A stretch of DNA of 36,462 bases from the NCBI GenBank assembly GCA_018813785.1, contig JAHJAU010000070.1, positions 1 to 36,462 of the forward strand, read 5' to 3'. The position numbers and the translations under genes are program-made. The DNA comes from Patescibacteria group bacterium (GTDB lineage Bacteria > Patescibacteriota > Patescibacteriia > SG8-24). Below the pieces are notes generated by a model. It was not told the origin of the DNA. It made no database searches and saw nothing but the letters and a program-made list of their open reading frames with translations. This document shows positions 36,439-36,462 of this stretch, piece by piece (position 1 is the first letter of the stretch; the number at the start of each line of letters is the position of its first letter).

Positions 36439-36462
36439 GACCATGCTTAAAGTTTCATTAAC

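Overview
Bacterial chromosomal window whose gene content (DUF2079/GT2/GT-C-like glycosylation cluster, C39 peptidase, CPR-type glycoside hydrolase, many short orphans) suggests a Patescibacteria/CPR (Parcubacteria-like) genome; the taxonomy is inference. It holds about 35 CDSs, an IS30-family element (about 27209-28321), two families of REP/REPIN-like repeats, many intrinsic terminators and three sets of tandem paralogs. The most unusual part is 21.1-27.2 kb on the minus strand. It starts with a ~1.4 kb ORF-free, densely hairpinned region, bracketed by a sigma70-like promoter and a terminator-like hairpin, that looks like an array of large structured ncRNAs; two of its units share a 3' motif. 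Directly downstream is a GC-rich four-gene module: a PPDK-derived dikinase whose pyruvate/PEP-binding barrel is replaced by an unrecognised ~275 aa domain, an acidic-tailed small protein, a CX5R phosphatase and a calcineurin-like metallophosphoesterase. A second oddity is an operon in which a histidine kinase lacking its phospho-His and a DipZ-like thioredoxin with CxxS flank a CNNM/CorC transporter. All calls come from reading motifs by eye; no searches or folding programs were run.
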